From Ylistrum balloti (lineage: Eukaryota): 64,000 nucleotides of DNA. The stretch covers positions 1,860,001 through 1,924,000 of the forward strand of contig NW_026781907.1 of assembly GCF_031769215.1 (NCBI RefSeq), given 5' to 3'. The notes beneath the pieces were generated by a model. The model searched no databases. It was given only the letters and a program-made list of their open reading frames with translations, and had not been told where the DNA came from. Positions within the stretch are counted from its first letter, which is position 1. Each line of letters opens with the position of its first letter. Below, one piece after another: positions 1 through 14,178 of this stretch. Made by a program: the position numbers and the translations under genes.

Positions 1-570
1 GGTAACAATGAGGAACTTTCCCCTTCTGTGTGATCTTGAAATATCGTCTCTTCAGTACTGATAACCTTGAGACATTGCTCCTTAAGTGCTGGTTACATAG
101 CAATTTACATTTAGTTCTGGTAACATTGAAATATCATTCCTGTAGCACAGATTACCCTAGCACATGGTCCCTTTAGCAAAGAGGTGCTTGAAACCTGACT
201 TTGCCGTCCCTTAAGCACATATAAGGATGAGATATCACCTATTTAGCCCCGATGGCCTTAAAATATTGTCCCTTTAGTTATGATATTGTTCCCACATCAC
301 AGATAACCCCAACATTTCAATCCTATAGGTAGAGCTGGTATGGTGAAATATCGTTCATTTAGCGCTGGTAGTCGTTAACTATTATCATATTAGCAATTGC
401 AACATTGCTATTTCATTCTTGATGGTTGCACAGGTAACCATCAGTGCATCTTTCACAAAGCTGTGCTTGTAATATTCTAACATTTATGTATAGTCCCTTT
501 AGTTCAGGTAACATTCAGATAAAGTTCCTTTAGTGCTGGTAACATTCAGATGTAGTCTCTTTCGATATGA
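1..570. repeat. Highly degenerate ~30-bp tandem repeat
   Basis: Recurrent variants of cctttag(t/c)gctggtaacatt(c/g)a(g/a)at, clearest at ~110-133, ~495-520 and ~527-551. Confidence 0.5.
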
Positions 571-1504
571 CAATGAATTAAATGTGAAATATGTGAAAAG
601 GTCTTTTGAACTACAGAAACACAAAAATCCGATAAGATGTCTGATTATCTTTTCATCATTTAGTTCATTTATAAAATTGAACTAACAGTTTGTCAGGTAT
701 ACATGAAATAACATGTAGCACTGTTCAGGTCTTAGCGACAAACACTTGTAAATAAAAGTCGTTTCAGTGTAGTTTGTCGTCTCCTATTAGCTTTTCCTAT
801 ATACTCAGACAGTTTATGCAATTTAGTTTTATTCGAGATCGAGGTATTCTGGGGAATTGAATGAAGCTAAGTATAGTTTGCTGTCGGATACAATAATGTT
901 GGATAAGAGACCCGAGAAAATCGAAAAAAAACAGACAGTTTTTAAACCCATTGAATTTTCATTATCTATATCGTTTTCATTTAATTTTTAAGCACATTTT
1001 TTTAGTTTCAATCTTATTGGGATATGCAACGATATTCTAATATGTTTATCTCATAAAGCATTTAGGTGTTATTTTAAAGTAAATGTTTTAAATAATTTTA
1101 TACATCAAACTATTAATAGAGATATTTTTTTTATAAATATTTCTTTTAAATAAAGGGGTCGAACTTTTCGCGGCATTGCTGTCTAGATATAATCATATAT
1201 CACTTTCTTTCATAATACGAACAGCATGACGTCCTTTCAGTGCCATCCTGGCCTCTTCCCTCCCCCAACGACATTGACCTTAATTTACGAGGGTATCCCT
1301 TACCTCTCCAGTGACTGGTACCGCTAACCAGGGTCATGGTAAGCCTTTCTAACCCAGACACTGGGGCACTGGCTTACTTATGTACATAAAAGAGATGTGA
1401 ATCATATGTAACCGGCTTAACCCGTTAGAGAAAGGGGCCAGTGTGACGTAGGATGCCTGTGTCTATCTGAATTCTCTAAGGATTCATTCGACAGAGTCAG
1501 TTAC

Positions 1505-2092
1505 TACGGAAGCCCATTGGTACGGAAACCCAATGGTGCCAAATGATATCTAAAGAAATAAAAAAAATATTGCGCATATACGCAATACATTTGTTTAAAT
1601 ATACGCAAGAACTATTGCAAAACTATCATTGCGAATATTAAGTAGATGTCACTTAGACTTCCGTTGTTCCGCGCGCTTACCGTTTTACGATCAGTTTCAT
1701 CAGCGGTACGTGAACTGCTGGGAGGCCACATTTCCTGAATAGAGTACAAGCAAACATCATGTTCATCCAGATGAAATTACGTTCCAATATGGTCTTAATC
1801 ATTCCAAGATGATTAAAAACCCTTGCCACTTCTTAGCTCTGGACAGAGTCAACTAAAGAATGCTGATTATCTATTTGTAAATGTGTTTTATAATATCGAA
1901 AATTCTTTCTTAAGATTTCTATTTCGGATAGAATTCCACAATGTCACTGTTACGTAATCTGCCGCTTTAGAACTTAACTGTAGACTAGTATGCGCGAAAC
2001 TACGGAACCGTTATACATATATAGTTAATAGTGTTGCATGTATCCACAATAAGCATTGCGTATATTAGCAAAGGCACCAATGGGCTTCCGTA
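1505..2092. mobile_element. MITE / non-autonomous TIR DNA transposon, possibly with a TA target site
   Basis: The left end tacggaagcccattggt (1505-1521) is the exact reverse complement of the right end accaatgggcttccgta (within ggcaccaatgggcttccgta, 2073-2092). A second left TIR copy at 1521-1540 matches 18/20. No transposase ORF. Confidence 0.75.
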
Positions 2093-3349
2093 AATTACTT
2101 ATCAACCTGTATCAATAATCTTTGTCAAGCTGTCGTTCACATACTTAGATGTAGAGAAATGCCATCTACAATTAACATCGCAGATGTCAGTTTGAACTGA
2201 CCGCCATCTTAGTGACGCATTGACAAAAAAAGGAGTTTGAAATTGGAAATTGGAATCAATTAATAGTTAAACTTACTTTTATGTGACAAGCATGTGAGCT
2301 TGATGGACAAAAACGTCTGTGGTCGTTTATTTGATTCACCGAAAAAATGACATAAAGTTTCTTAAAAATCAATTTAATTTCAGCAAACATAGAACAATTA
2401 GAGAAGCCTCCTGTTTGAACAGAGATCACGTGATCAATGCTTGCGGTTCAGGTATAGTTATGTGCCCTTGTTGTATGTTATAGGATGGCCCTTTGATGAT
2501 TTCTGAAATTACCATGCCCCATTTGGACCTGCGGGAAACACTAAATACAGGATATAAGTGTTATATAAATCACCAAATGTTCTCACTCGTGTAGTGATTA
2601 ATAACATGAAATAAACGCCAATCCTTTTGTTGAATGCTTTATCAAGTATGTAAACATTTTTGGAACTGGTTTCCAGAGACTTTTCCTAGCTAACCCTTAT
2701 AATCAAACATATTGGGAAGATAAAGCGAATTTCTATCGAAAATCCAATGCAACGTTTCCATAACAAACTTATCGCCCTCAGATTGCAAACTTAAATAGCG
2801 AAAACAAACCCTTGGATATCAATTAAAATGCGACATGTTAACTCATTGTTTTTGGAAGCAGAATGTTACGATCGAAATTAAAAAAAAAAACCACACACAA
2901 TAGGAGAATCGAGATCCTCAAGTGTATAACACAGTGTAAGACATTTCTGTTTGATGTAGTAAAGGAGCGAGGTAAGCGGCGGACACAGAGGAGTCTGAAG
3001 TATATTTGTTTTAATTCTGATAGACATACGTTCGACATAGCCATTACATTTCTTGTTTAAAATAAGACATTATCAACATATCTTAAAGTGAAATTAAATA
3101 CGTGGTAAGGGTTTTACGTCCTGTCCTGCTCATCAATCAATTCAGCTTCATATGCAAACAAAAACAGAATTCACTCAAGAGATCAAAAAGTGAACATTTC
3201 GTTGCCATAATTATTCATATTGTCTATTGGAAGATATTGTCAATAAGAAATTCAATCGTTTCTTCTCCCCTGTAGTGGTAACTTCCCATCAAATTCAATA
3301 AATCATCACGATTGTTTTGTTCGTTTCTTGTAAACTGCTGATTCCAAGA

Positions 3350-3456
3350 TTGTACAGAAGACACGCAAGTGAATAACACCTTTCAATACAAATTTAGAAT
3401 AAGATAGAGTCGAACCAGATAACGAATTAACTCATCATACAGCTGTTTCGTCCTTC
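3350..3456 (-). mobile_element. Hammerhead-bearing repeat family, truncated copy (3' half of the ribozyme only)
   Basis: The minus strand reads gaaggacGAAAcagctgTAtgat. The flank aacacctttcaatacaaatttagaat is shared with 23495-23520 and ~46900-46930. Confidence 0.7.
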
Positions 3457-3832
3457 GTATAGGTATTGTATAACTTAACAGGGTGTCTTTTGATGACCCT
3501 CCTCAGTTTCCTGTATAATTAACAGGCTTGCACTCAATCAGATACCAGGTTGATCCGGCCGATGAAATATCATGGTAGGTTAATTACACGTTGCCTTTTA
3601 TTAGCTTGTCGTTTGCAGGTAAGCTTAATGATTTTATCGACAATACGCGTATCCTACTATTGATGTCCAATACCTGTATTCTTATATCGCATGACCTAGC
3701 TTTGTCGCTGATTGATTAATTTCTTTAATCCTACGTCTTAAGAATGATTTGCCAAAAATCGATAAAATGATGCAACAAAAAAAGTACGAAAAAATCATGA
3801 ACATGTGTTATGTGAAGTGCAGTTTTACATAA

Positions 3833-4001
3833 GCGGCTGTCTCCCCTTTCCTTTACCCGCCATGTCAAGTCGATGTAATGTCACCACCTCAAAATAAGAA
3901 TCAGGTGTTATGGAAAGTTCGGTTTTATATAATTGGTTGTCTCCCCTTTCCTTGTCCCGCCATGTAAAGTCAAAGTAATGTCACCACCTCAAAATAAGAA
4001 T
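3833..4001. mobile_element. Two tandem copies of the PLE-associated terminal module
   Basis: gtctcccctttcc...cccgccatgt...gtaatgtcaccacctcaaaataagaat is duplicated (3833-3901 and 3935-4001). It resembles cccgccatg...atgtcacgttctcaaatgagaac at 39.48-39.55 kb and 22230-22265. Confidence 0.5.
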
Positions 4002-4934
4002 TGGAAAATGGGAAACTAGTAGTGATAATGAAATCAGACATGATAACAAACATCGGACATTCTTATCCCGCAAAGAGACCATGAACCAAAGTTCACTTTT
4101 AGTCTTGAACAAAACATTAAATAGACAAATGATATCATAGAAAATAAAACCATTACATTCATCACTGATATGTTGCTAAGCGACTAAAACAAAATGGAGG
4201 CAAATTGTAATAATCTTTGATTACACAATCACAGTGTACATACGACCAACTTAGCTATTAGGTTTTGCTTGAAGTGAAATAACTTTATTCAGGCCTTTGT
4301 TAGCAGTTCTATGATTGGCTCTTTGATACATTCGATGAATTATGAAAAAATATCCCAAGAGTGTGGGTGTGTGGGAGAGTACATATCTCCCTCATGAATA
4401 TTGCCATATATAACAATCGAAATCAACGACGACATTGTCAATCAAGAATTCAATATTTTGGTTTAACAAAAGTACTTTGCTTTGTGTTTTCTCCAAACAC
4501 TTTCCGGTGTAATTCCTTCTTGTAAAAAAATTGGATGCACCCTCGTATGATTATTCACGACTTTATATTTTAACTTCCATATCAGAAATACATTGAAGCA
4601 TGTAACATCTTTAAACGGGTTCAATTTACGTCACATACTACGCTATGGTATGTCAAGTTAGCATGTCTGATATCACAAAACCTAGTTATATGATCACCTC
4701 GTCACTAAAAAAAGGACTTAATTGTGTATACTGTCATAACCAAATCAGATATTTATTCAAAAATGTTATAAAGACTATGATAATAATCATATTTGCAGGA
4801 AGTCAACAAGTAAAACATGTATACGCAATTGTCAAGATTAAATCAAACAGAATTCGAGTTTTCTGGTAAAAAGTTGGCCTTGACCTTTGTGCGAAACAAT
4901 AAAACTTTCCGTTAGTCTGCAATACACAGTCTAT

Positions 4935-5220
4935 TCATCCAACTCCATTTGCAGTGGGCAACAAATCGAATTTGATGTAAGGGATTTTACATGGCGTCTG
5001 ACCCGGGACCACGTGCAACCAGGAGGTCTCCACAGATTTTGTCAATCCAATGTTGTTTTCAATAGTCAACAGTTTATGTTTTATACCATAAAGAGTCGTG
5101 AGTTTAAGTTGGGAAATCACATCTTCAACTGTTTGCGGATTTCTTATACTTGTGCACAGAACAGTATTCAAACACTTTATGGTCCTTAACATTCGGTCTC
5201 TGAGACTGAGAAGTTTTCTA
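4935..5220 (-). pseudogene. Possible decayed non-LTR (LINE) reverse-transcriptase fragment; an exon is not excluded
   Basis: ~95 open codons. LKLTTLYGIKHKLL...ETSWLHVVPGQ...YIKFDL loosely follows the LINE RT pattern KL..YGI.GKLL.WI...S.W..V.SGVPQG...YINDL. By-eye match only. Confidence 0.4.
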
Positions 5221-8200
5221 AAAAAAACTTATTCGTATGTTCCAACATAGTATATGAATGAGTATTGCTATTTATCAATTGGTAATTGTTGAAATATGTT
5301 TTCTTACTTATTCTCTTTGAATATGTTGTGTTTATATATGATAAATAAAAGATTTGTGAAGGTATGGAAATTCCCCAGACAAGTATGCAGTGCATATCTA
5401 ATAGAGATGTATCTATAAGACAATTAAAACACGTGAAATATCGATATTTATCGTTCATAATCCGCTGTCACATAAACGGAATACATGAACTGCTGACTAG
5501 TTAATCGTTAAAATGGATTTAGGCTATATTAACAAAAGAGTGAACTGTTGTCTTTGTCTTGAACAAGTGAAGTGATTGTTTTGTCAACAGCGGTATTAGG
5601 CCATCAGCTTGAGAAGAACTATTCCAGAGAGCGCAGCCTTTTTTAAGTAAAACATGGCTCAAATTAGGTCAGGCCTTGAAGCTACCAGCAATATCTGGTA
5701 TGGGAAAATATCAGGAATATCGAATTATGGTTCGGAATTTGAGTTTAAATTTCCACATCGGACTGGCAATTTCGAATAGATTAAAAGCATAATCCTCTTC
5801 AGCGTCATTGCTGAGTTCTCTAAATTTGTTAACTTTTTAAAACCTTTTTTGAAATAAATAATATTGATACAATCAAGGATTTTTTGTTGTATCTCTAAAT
5901 TATAGATCTATTTCATACTGCATTAACACGTCTCTGGGATTTCATTATAAATTGAAAAACCTATTCCAGATAATGTTTTTATGTCATGGAAACAGAAGGC
6001 TGCTATGCTTTGACATGTGAATTCCTTAGCAATGCCTATTGTAAAATTATATAATTTAGTGACAATTTGTTATTTTATATCCCAAATGTATACTGGAGAT
6101 TGTGGTAAGTCGTGATCTTTAAATGTAAACAAGCATACACTACTTATTATAATGTTAAATGTCTAATGCTTCATGTATAACTTGGACAATAAATTCTTAA
6201 ACACTGTTTGGAAAAGTTTATTTCCACGGGTGTTGATTGAATTGAACTTGAGGATTATGCCTATGTGAAAGTCCTTTCTATATTTTTTTCATAAATTTTC
6301 TCCACCAAGGGTGGAAAACATATTTTATAGATGTACTTTAGAAAGTTAATTATTACCTGGGATTGGATCTGTTGTGGTCATGATTCTGGTTGTTATAAAA
6401 ACATCCGTTTTAGCATTGATTCGCACGCGATCAGATGAGGAACAAGTGCATAGTCAATTCAAGAGTTGGAGACATAAAGCTCATCAAATCATTGACAAGT
6501 GTTCTATAACCCAGGAAATGAATTCACACTCAACTCTGTCACACTGACAATTGTACACACAATTGAAACATTTTACAATGAAATTAACATCAAATTCAAT
6601 TAAAAAAAGCAATTATTGGTAAGGTGTCAATTAAGTCACACATTCATTACTTGTACAGTTCCAAGTTGAAGATTTATTATGTCCAATAATTGACAATGAT
6701 ATTTTATTAGGCCTAAAGTGTCTTTGTAATGTGTTCGAGGATCAATAACATAACCTTTGTACTTTAATCTATCTAATAAGGTATACGGATGTCTGAGATA
6801 CATATTATGCACTTTTACTTCCTGACTTAAATAAGTTAAACACCAATCAAAAATAAAGTATGCACAATTAGATTATTTGTCAGGTTAGGAATTGATAAAT
6901 AGTTCAGAAGAAGGAAAATACATAGTTATCATGCCACTGTGAAATGAAAAAAAATGCTTTTCGCTTAAGAGTATATAGAATTCCAGTCATCCACACAAAA
7001 AATCCTTTCTGTAGTTCAATAATTACGGTAATTAAGGTGACCGCTCTGATCAGAATCACGAATGAGTCGGATCAAAGGACCAGAAGCGCCAAAAATGGAA
7101 TATGACTCCCACATCAGTCGAGACAACAGTTAAAATGGATATGTCATCACAGGTTGAAGAATTCAAATGGGAAATCAAACTGTCGCGAATGAACCACAGC
7201 TGTAGATAGAAACAATGAAATAACACACAGTTGTAAGTGAAATAATGATCAAAATATTTTTCATGCCTTTGACGACAAAGTCATTTTCTCAGAGAGGAGA
7301 CTGAAGTACATCAGCTGAGTATACTAACTGCTATATGATGTGATTGTACAAACAACACACAAACAACTAGCACGTTTTTAAATAAATAGATATCTAAATA
7401 GTGGTCAAATAATAAATGAATATCGTCTTACTGACTTATTTGACCAAACCACAAAGCGTAGGACGAAGCTTTTCTTTTCCAAAAGGCTGATTTCTCTTAT
7501 CTTTTTTCCTAGAGTTGAAAGTTCTATCTATTAAACACAACACTGGCTGATTATTCTTTTCTTGCATCGCAAAGTAATTTCGCGTCTAAATAAACAATTA
7601 AAATTCAAGCATGTTCCATAATTCTGTAGCTATGAGGAATATGGGATTTTTACATCATAGTCATTACAACATTTATATATAACGTCACAATAATGTTCGG
7701 GTCCATAAGGAATTTCATACAGATAGACAACTTGTCTAGAGAGCAAGACAAATTCCAAGGACAAACAGTAGACAAAATACGAAGTGAAAAAATTGACATG
7801 AATAATCATTTTTTCGGGAGAGGGTGTATCTTATTGGAAACGAAGTTGACCTGAAGATAACATAATTGTCACATTTCTATTTTAAGGCTATGCCAATATG
7901 GAAGATGTTTGAAATAATATAAAGAAAGTGCGTCCTTGTAAGTATTATCTCCATATTGACAGATGACAATGACCGTTTCCACTGGAATTCATTTCTAAGC
8001 AAGTTACCAAAACCAGGATTGCTTGCCTTTAGCATTTAGCAAAGGGACAGCTTCTTTGGACACAATTTAAAAATTGCTATAGTGAATTCTAAATGTTTCT
8101 CAACCAAACAGCCAGTTCGTCTTCCTTTTTTTCCTTTTACCAGAACCAATACAGTTATGTCTAAATAAAGAGTAAAGATATTTGGCTTGGAAAACAACAA

Positions 8201-8589
8201 TTGTGTCGATTTAAATGAAAAGTAGTGGTTGTATTCGACTACGAGGGGACTCAAACGCTAATTCTCCGTAATCTCGCGTAATTATTGATCTCTTATTTAA
8301 CTTGGCGTGCAGAAAGTGTGTAAAATCACCAGTCCTCGAAACATGTTTCTTGAACTTGTTTCCATTATTTATAGAGTTTTAGGTTTTATTGTCCAAAAAA
8401 GAGTGTATAGTTTTTTCCTGAATGAATAGAAATTGATTAGTCCCGAGTTCATTGTGTAACTCCCATTTGGAGGAGTCCTTCACCATTACAGATATACGAG
8501 GGCCAAAAATAGGTTTCATCCATCACAAGCGCCTGATCAATAGAGGTTAGAGAGACCGAAAAACAGTCCACCACTAGTCAGAAAAAATC

Positions 8590-9135
8590 CAAGTTATTGT
8601 TATATCAATATCGGTGTTACAGACCAATCAACGTAGCCTTTATATCGGTAAGATTATAAAAACTGTAATGACCAATCAGCATCATTGTTACATCGGTAAT
8701 ATTATAACAAGGACAGACAAGTCAACCTTTTCTCAAGGTCGGTAACATTATTAAAAAATAGGGTCCAATCAGCGTTATCTTAATATCGGTAAGGTTATGA
8801 ACATTACAGACCAATCAGTCTCATTGATACATCGGTACAATTTTAACAAGTAGAGACCAACTTGCATAATTAGCATAACGGAAATTTATCTGTCTATCTT
8901 GATCGAGTGTTTCCAATACACTTAGGTCCAATAATCGAAATCTTTATAAAAATTGAAGGACCAATCATCGATATCGTTTAATCAATATAAGGACCAATCA
9001 CAGGCATTGTTATATCAGTAAAGTGACAGATAAATCACACTATCATGTCGGTATCATTGATAGTGCATTAAGGACCAGTCAGCGAAATTATTATATTGGA
9101 ATGTTTGCAAAGCAATCAGTACCAATCATATTCAG
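8590..9135 (+). repeat. Degenerate tandem array carrying repeated CCAAT motifs
   Basis: About ten gaccaatca(g)-like motifs, often followed by atcggta, at 30-100 bp spacing. Confidence 0.6.
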
Positions 9136-9354
9136 CGTTATATTGCTTTGATTATAAATCCGATCAGGCCAAATAAACATGACAGTTAGATCTGCTTTGA
9201 ATGAATAAACAGAAAGCATTAATTTTCCTTTGTTTTATTTGTGTTTGAAGTAAATATCGGTTTACCAAGCTGCAAGTAGTAGTTCCAGGAACCAAAACGA
9301 TTACAATATAAAAAAACTACCTGATATTATCGATGTGATAAAGGCATACGGACT

Positions 9355-9590
9355 CTTATATTCTGTATCTCACACGTGAAGAAATGCATTCATTCTTGTT
9401 TTGGGATTGTCAGTCACAAAAGTATGCTTCAAACAGAACTGAAAAATGTATCGACTGGAGTGTTCCCAGTCTGTTGCCATCTTATAATGGCAGGAGCTAA
9501 ACAATGACCTTGAAAGGCAGATATTATTTGACTCAACTATACAGAACATTAAAAGCATCGGCAATTTTTTAAAACACATCTGTGTATCAT
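9355..9590 (+). mobile_element. Possible decayed LINE ORF2 C-terminal fragment
   Basis: One frame with stops reads LGLSVTKVC...YRLECSQ...QELNNDL..QIL...IGNFLKH, which resembles the IGLS.T..C...H.LLECP...IL...FLK end of CR1/L2-type ORF2. Weak. Confidence 0.25.
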
Positions 9591-11869
9591 TATTGCAAAT
9601 CTCTGTATCATAATTACATTGAAATGTTATAAGCACCAGACTAATGACTATAATTAATCACGTTAGCGATAACAAATGACGAATAGCTCGTGTTTTACGG
9701 GAAGATTTGAACCGTAGAAATGATTTATTTTTTTAAATGGTATCTCCGAAGCTAATGCTGGCGTTTCATATTCGAAACTGGGTTTCAAATTCTCTTAACT
9801 GTGTGCAAAAGTAGCGTTGCTTTTGTTTTGAACTGCATTCATTGTGCTGTATTCCGTTCGGATTTTTCTCCAATTTTATAAAGATCTGGAAATAAGGACG
9901 TTGTTTGAGAAAATTTATTTCATTGCAGATGCGGTTTCCTGTAGTTGGCCAATCACTCATGGTTTACTGTTGTTGGAAACTGGCAATGTAAATTATGATA
10001 TTAACTGAACATGATTTTAAATTATTTCAAATTTTCAAATACCTTGGCATGATACTTGGAAGTCAAAGTACTGGAAAATGAAGAGAAGAAAGATCAAAGT
10101 CCTATGTGTCCTTTGGAATTTTTTCTCCTTCCATAATATTTTTTAATGAATAACATGTTATTTGACCAACTGGAATTAGACTATTTTACGATGGATCATG
10201 TTTTCAATAGTTCTTCAGTTTAGCTTATATAGATGTGAGATAACAGTTCGCACATACAGAATCCAGGGTTAATTCATGAGATCAGGTGAAATATGGTAAG
10301 CATATAAGTATATTGCTATAATTGCTTGTACTTGTCTTCTTCAAAACAACATATTTTCTGCTTATTGTTTTTCCGGGAAGTGGACAAATGGGGAACATTT
10401 TTTTTCATTCTTGTGGTTTAGTATTTTACATCATCTTTAGTTTTATTGTATTGGCATCAAATCTGTTAGCAGAATCATTATTCAAACAAAAACGAGGGGA
10501 AAATATGAATAAATGAAATATTGACAAGGTAACTCCTAAAAGGAACAAGAAGACAAGGTTTTTTTTTTTTTCCGGAAAGCTAAGTGTTTTCTACACAACA
10601 TCAAACATGCGCATTTTTGGAAGAAAGCGAACAATTCTTAAGAAAGACCGCATCTTCATCAACTTATATCCCTCGAAATCCCGGGTTTGCTGACTCTGTG
10701 ATATATTTTGTACTTGTCTGTTTTATGCTGTTCCTATGTTCTTACAATGTGACATATTTTGTGCTTGACATAATGTGTGTTAACGCTGTTGTATAGTTTG
10801 TCTTTACAAAATGACGCCGCATGGATTCATTGCGTTCTTGTTTGTTGATATCGTGCAATACTTTGTGTGTGCTGATAACTTTGTATTTGCTTGTTGACGC
10901 TGCTGCAGTTTGCCCTTGTATGCTGACACCACATGGATACATCCTATCCTTTGTTTGTTGATACTGTGATAAAGAAATTGTCCTCCTTTGCTCATAATTA
11001 TTACGTGTAAGCATTGTATTATATTTTGCAGTGGTTTGATTCACGGTTGCGAATGTCTGTTTGTGTTTGTACCGTGGTTTTTTCTTGAGTGCTCACTGGT
11101 TCACATCATTTATATAATTCTTTGAGGCTATAACTTTTCTCATTTGAGTTTATTTTTGGCATTTGCTGTTGTTTGGAGGCTATTGCAAATATCGGTCCAG
11201 TCAGGTCAACGTTGAACTAATTGCACCGGTATCCTTGTTTTTTTCGCCTTTGAGATTGATTAGTATTCACTTTGAAATTGAAAGAAGTTAAGAAATCACT
11301 TTGTGGGAAAGTATTTTCTCTTTTCTTATTTCTTTTTTTAACCAAATTGTAATTAAGGATGTACTCCTCCAGGGAGTAAAAAAAATCATTGCCAACTATT
11401 TTTTTCTGTGGATGAGGCTTTTGAAAGATTTTTCCAAAGTCAATTAAAAGCAAACAATCAATATGTAGCAGCATTACTTTTTTCTGAAAAAGGAAGTAAT
11501 TCTTTTCCTCATTTTGTTCTTATTTTTTTCCTGAACAAAAGTCAATTTTTTTCGCGGCAACTATTTTCAAAATAACTGCCGTCGTCCTTTACAAAGTGAT
11601 AGTATAATTTATTGATATTATTAAGAAAATATTACGAAAATGCAAATTGATTTAACTAGCTTTAAACTGCAGAAAGACCGAAAATAGATACTTTGATAAA
11701 TAAGTATTCATCTTTTTAAAGATAGATGGAGAAAGGGTATCTGCTTTTTTTCCTATTTGAAATTTTCACTGAAATAACCAATTTTGAAATTGTGATTTGT
11801 GATAATATTTATAAAAATTAGGTTGAAACCTACAAAAGAATTCCAGAGGTTGCACAATAGACACACAAC

Positions 11870-11985
11870 CGAAAATGAACCTTTTAAATACAAATTAGAG
11901 TTAGATACAGTTTGATCCTTCTAGAACTCGTCAGTGATGCTAGAGGCCAAAATTTTGATGCCTCGAAGGCGACTGAAGAAAATCA
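11870..11985 (-). mobile_element. Hammerhead-bearing repeat family, core-mutated copy
   Basis: The minus strand reads agcatcaCTGACGAgttctagaaggatCAAActgta (GAAA changed to CAAA, stem III shortened). The upstream flank ttcagtcgcc...caaaatt matches 46805-46845. Confidence 0.7.
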
Positions 11986-13223
11986 ATACTCTAAAGAAGT
12001 ACCTCTGCCGGCAGATAACGCGTTGAAGTTATGGACGCCATTAACCGAATGACGCCGTCATCAACACCGTCAAAAAATGTAGTCCATAAGCAAATTTTTT
12101 CTAGGAAACATCATCTAAATTGCCCTTTTCATCGCTAAAGTACATTTCATATTGCTTTTGAAAAAGCAGTACATGGAAAAAGTATAGACCAATTAAGGTA
12201 CAGTGCAGATAAGGCAAAAAAGCTGATAGCATACATTGCACCTTGAATATTCTTTCAAGGCATCAAACTACAACATTTTTAATGTTTTTAGACAACACAT
12301 ACGTTAATCACTCTTGGTTGCAATACTAACTTAGAATTGAAGGTTGAAATATAGTACGTTTTAAAATGTTTCTTAAAAAGGAGATTTTGCCTAAAACTAG
12401 ACAAATTATTTTCTGTACCTGTTATTCCTTACAAAAAAATGCCATCTTGGTTAAGATGACTTGAAGTAATTAATGAAGTCGGGTTGATGCAATCCCTACC
12501 TCATACACTCCTAACTGAAATGTTCGAAATGATAAGGTGTTTGATTTTGAAAAAGCTTAATATGTTTTCCTCCGAGCCTTTATTTAAGGTACAAGATAAA
12601 TATTTCGTTGTTTGGTCGTCTTCTATTCCTGTACCTGTAAAATTTGCATGAAATGGAAATTGTAAGTTTATATGATTATTTTTAATGTATGGGGGGGGGG
12701 GGGGGGGTTGAATTGTATTTGCCCTTTGACATTGTTTTGCTATAAACATTACGATGATTTGTCGGATGTTATCCCGTCGTCTGTGAAATCCCTATGTGAT
12801 GACAATGTGTGTATTTTTTACCGAGTGTTGTTACCTTTTCCTCATATTTATTTCGTGCTAATTCAATTTCTGCTTTAGGAGGTGTTTTACTTTTAATGTT
12901 TAATTGAACATCAACCTGGTTCCTAGTTCTCACAAAATAAATGTTTTATGACATACACAAGCCTTTGTGCCGTCTTCCTTTAATTATTGAATAGTTGATA
13001 AGTAAAGTTAAACTGACAATATTTTACAAGTAAGCAATTTTCAACTTTCGTTGTGATATTTCAAACATAAGTCAACCTAACATTTTGTATCGATTATTAG
13101 TGTAGACACTGTAGGCTGACTACATATAGCAGCTGCAGCTGTCATGCTACATACATCATGGATGTTTTATAGGACGCTATACCCGTCAGACTACATCAAC
13201 AATACATACACGTAATATCAAGC

Positions 13224-14178
13224 AGCGTCGACTTGTCATGTAGAACTGTCGACACGAAATATTGTGTAGAACCGACAATGCGACATGTAGAACTGACGAC
13301 ACGAAATATTGTATAGAACCGACAATGCGACATGTAGAACTGACGACATGAAATATTGTATAGAACCGACAATGCGACATGTAGAACTGACGACATGAAA
13401 TATTGTGTAGAACCGACAATGCGACATGTAGAACTGTCGACACGAAATATTGTGTAAAACCGACAATACGACATGTAGAACCGACAATGCGACATGTAGA
13501 ACTATCGACACGATATAGTGTAGAACTGATGACACGACTGTAGAACTGTCGACATGATATAGTGTAGAACGGACGATACGACATGTAGAACTGTCGACAT
13601 GACTTGTGGAACTGACGACACGACATGTAAAACTGACGACACGATATAGTGTAGAACTGATGACACGACTTACTGTAGAACTGTCGACATGATATAGTGG
13701 GGAACGGACGATACGACATGTAGAACTGACGACACGATACAGTGTAGAACTGACGACACGATACATGTAGAACTGACGATACGAGATGTAGAAATGTCGA
13801 CACGATAGGTAGAACTGACGACACCACTTACTGTAGAACTGCCGACACGATATAGTGTAGAACTGACGATACGAGATGTAGAACTGTCGACACGACTGGT
13901 GGAACTGACGACACGACATGTAAAACTGACGACACGATATAGTGTAGAACTGACGAAGGAATATGTAGGACTGTCGACACGACTTGTGGAACTGACGACA
14001 CGACATGTAGAACCGACGACACAGTACATGTAGAACTGACGAAGGAATATGTAGGACTGTCGACAGGACACGTTGGACTGACGACACGACATGTAGAACC
14101 GACGACACGATACATGTAGAACTGACGAAGGAACATATAGAACTGTCGACACGACAAGTAAAACTGACGACACGACAA
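13224..14178. repeat. Minisatellite of 21-26 bp subunits (47-bp period in the first third)
   Basis: Repeated tgtagaactgacgacacga...; accgacaat recurs at 13271, 13318, 13365, 13412 and 13459. Confidence 0.95.

Noticed and set aside
12690-12707. Poly-G run giving a polyproline/polyglycine ORF
   Set aside because: A simple homopolymer in non-coding context, and possibly a sequencing artefact.
13285-13400. ctgacga-cac-gaaa in the 13 kb minisatellite as a hammerhead core
   Set aside because: Only 3 nt separate CUGACGA from GAAA, so stem II cannot form, and there is no stem I/III complementarity.
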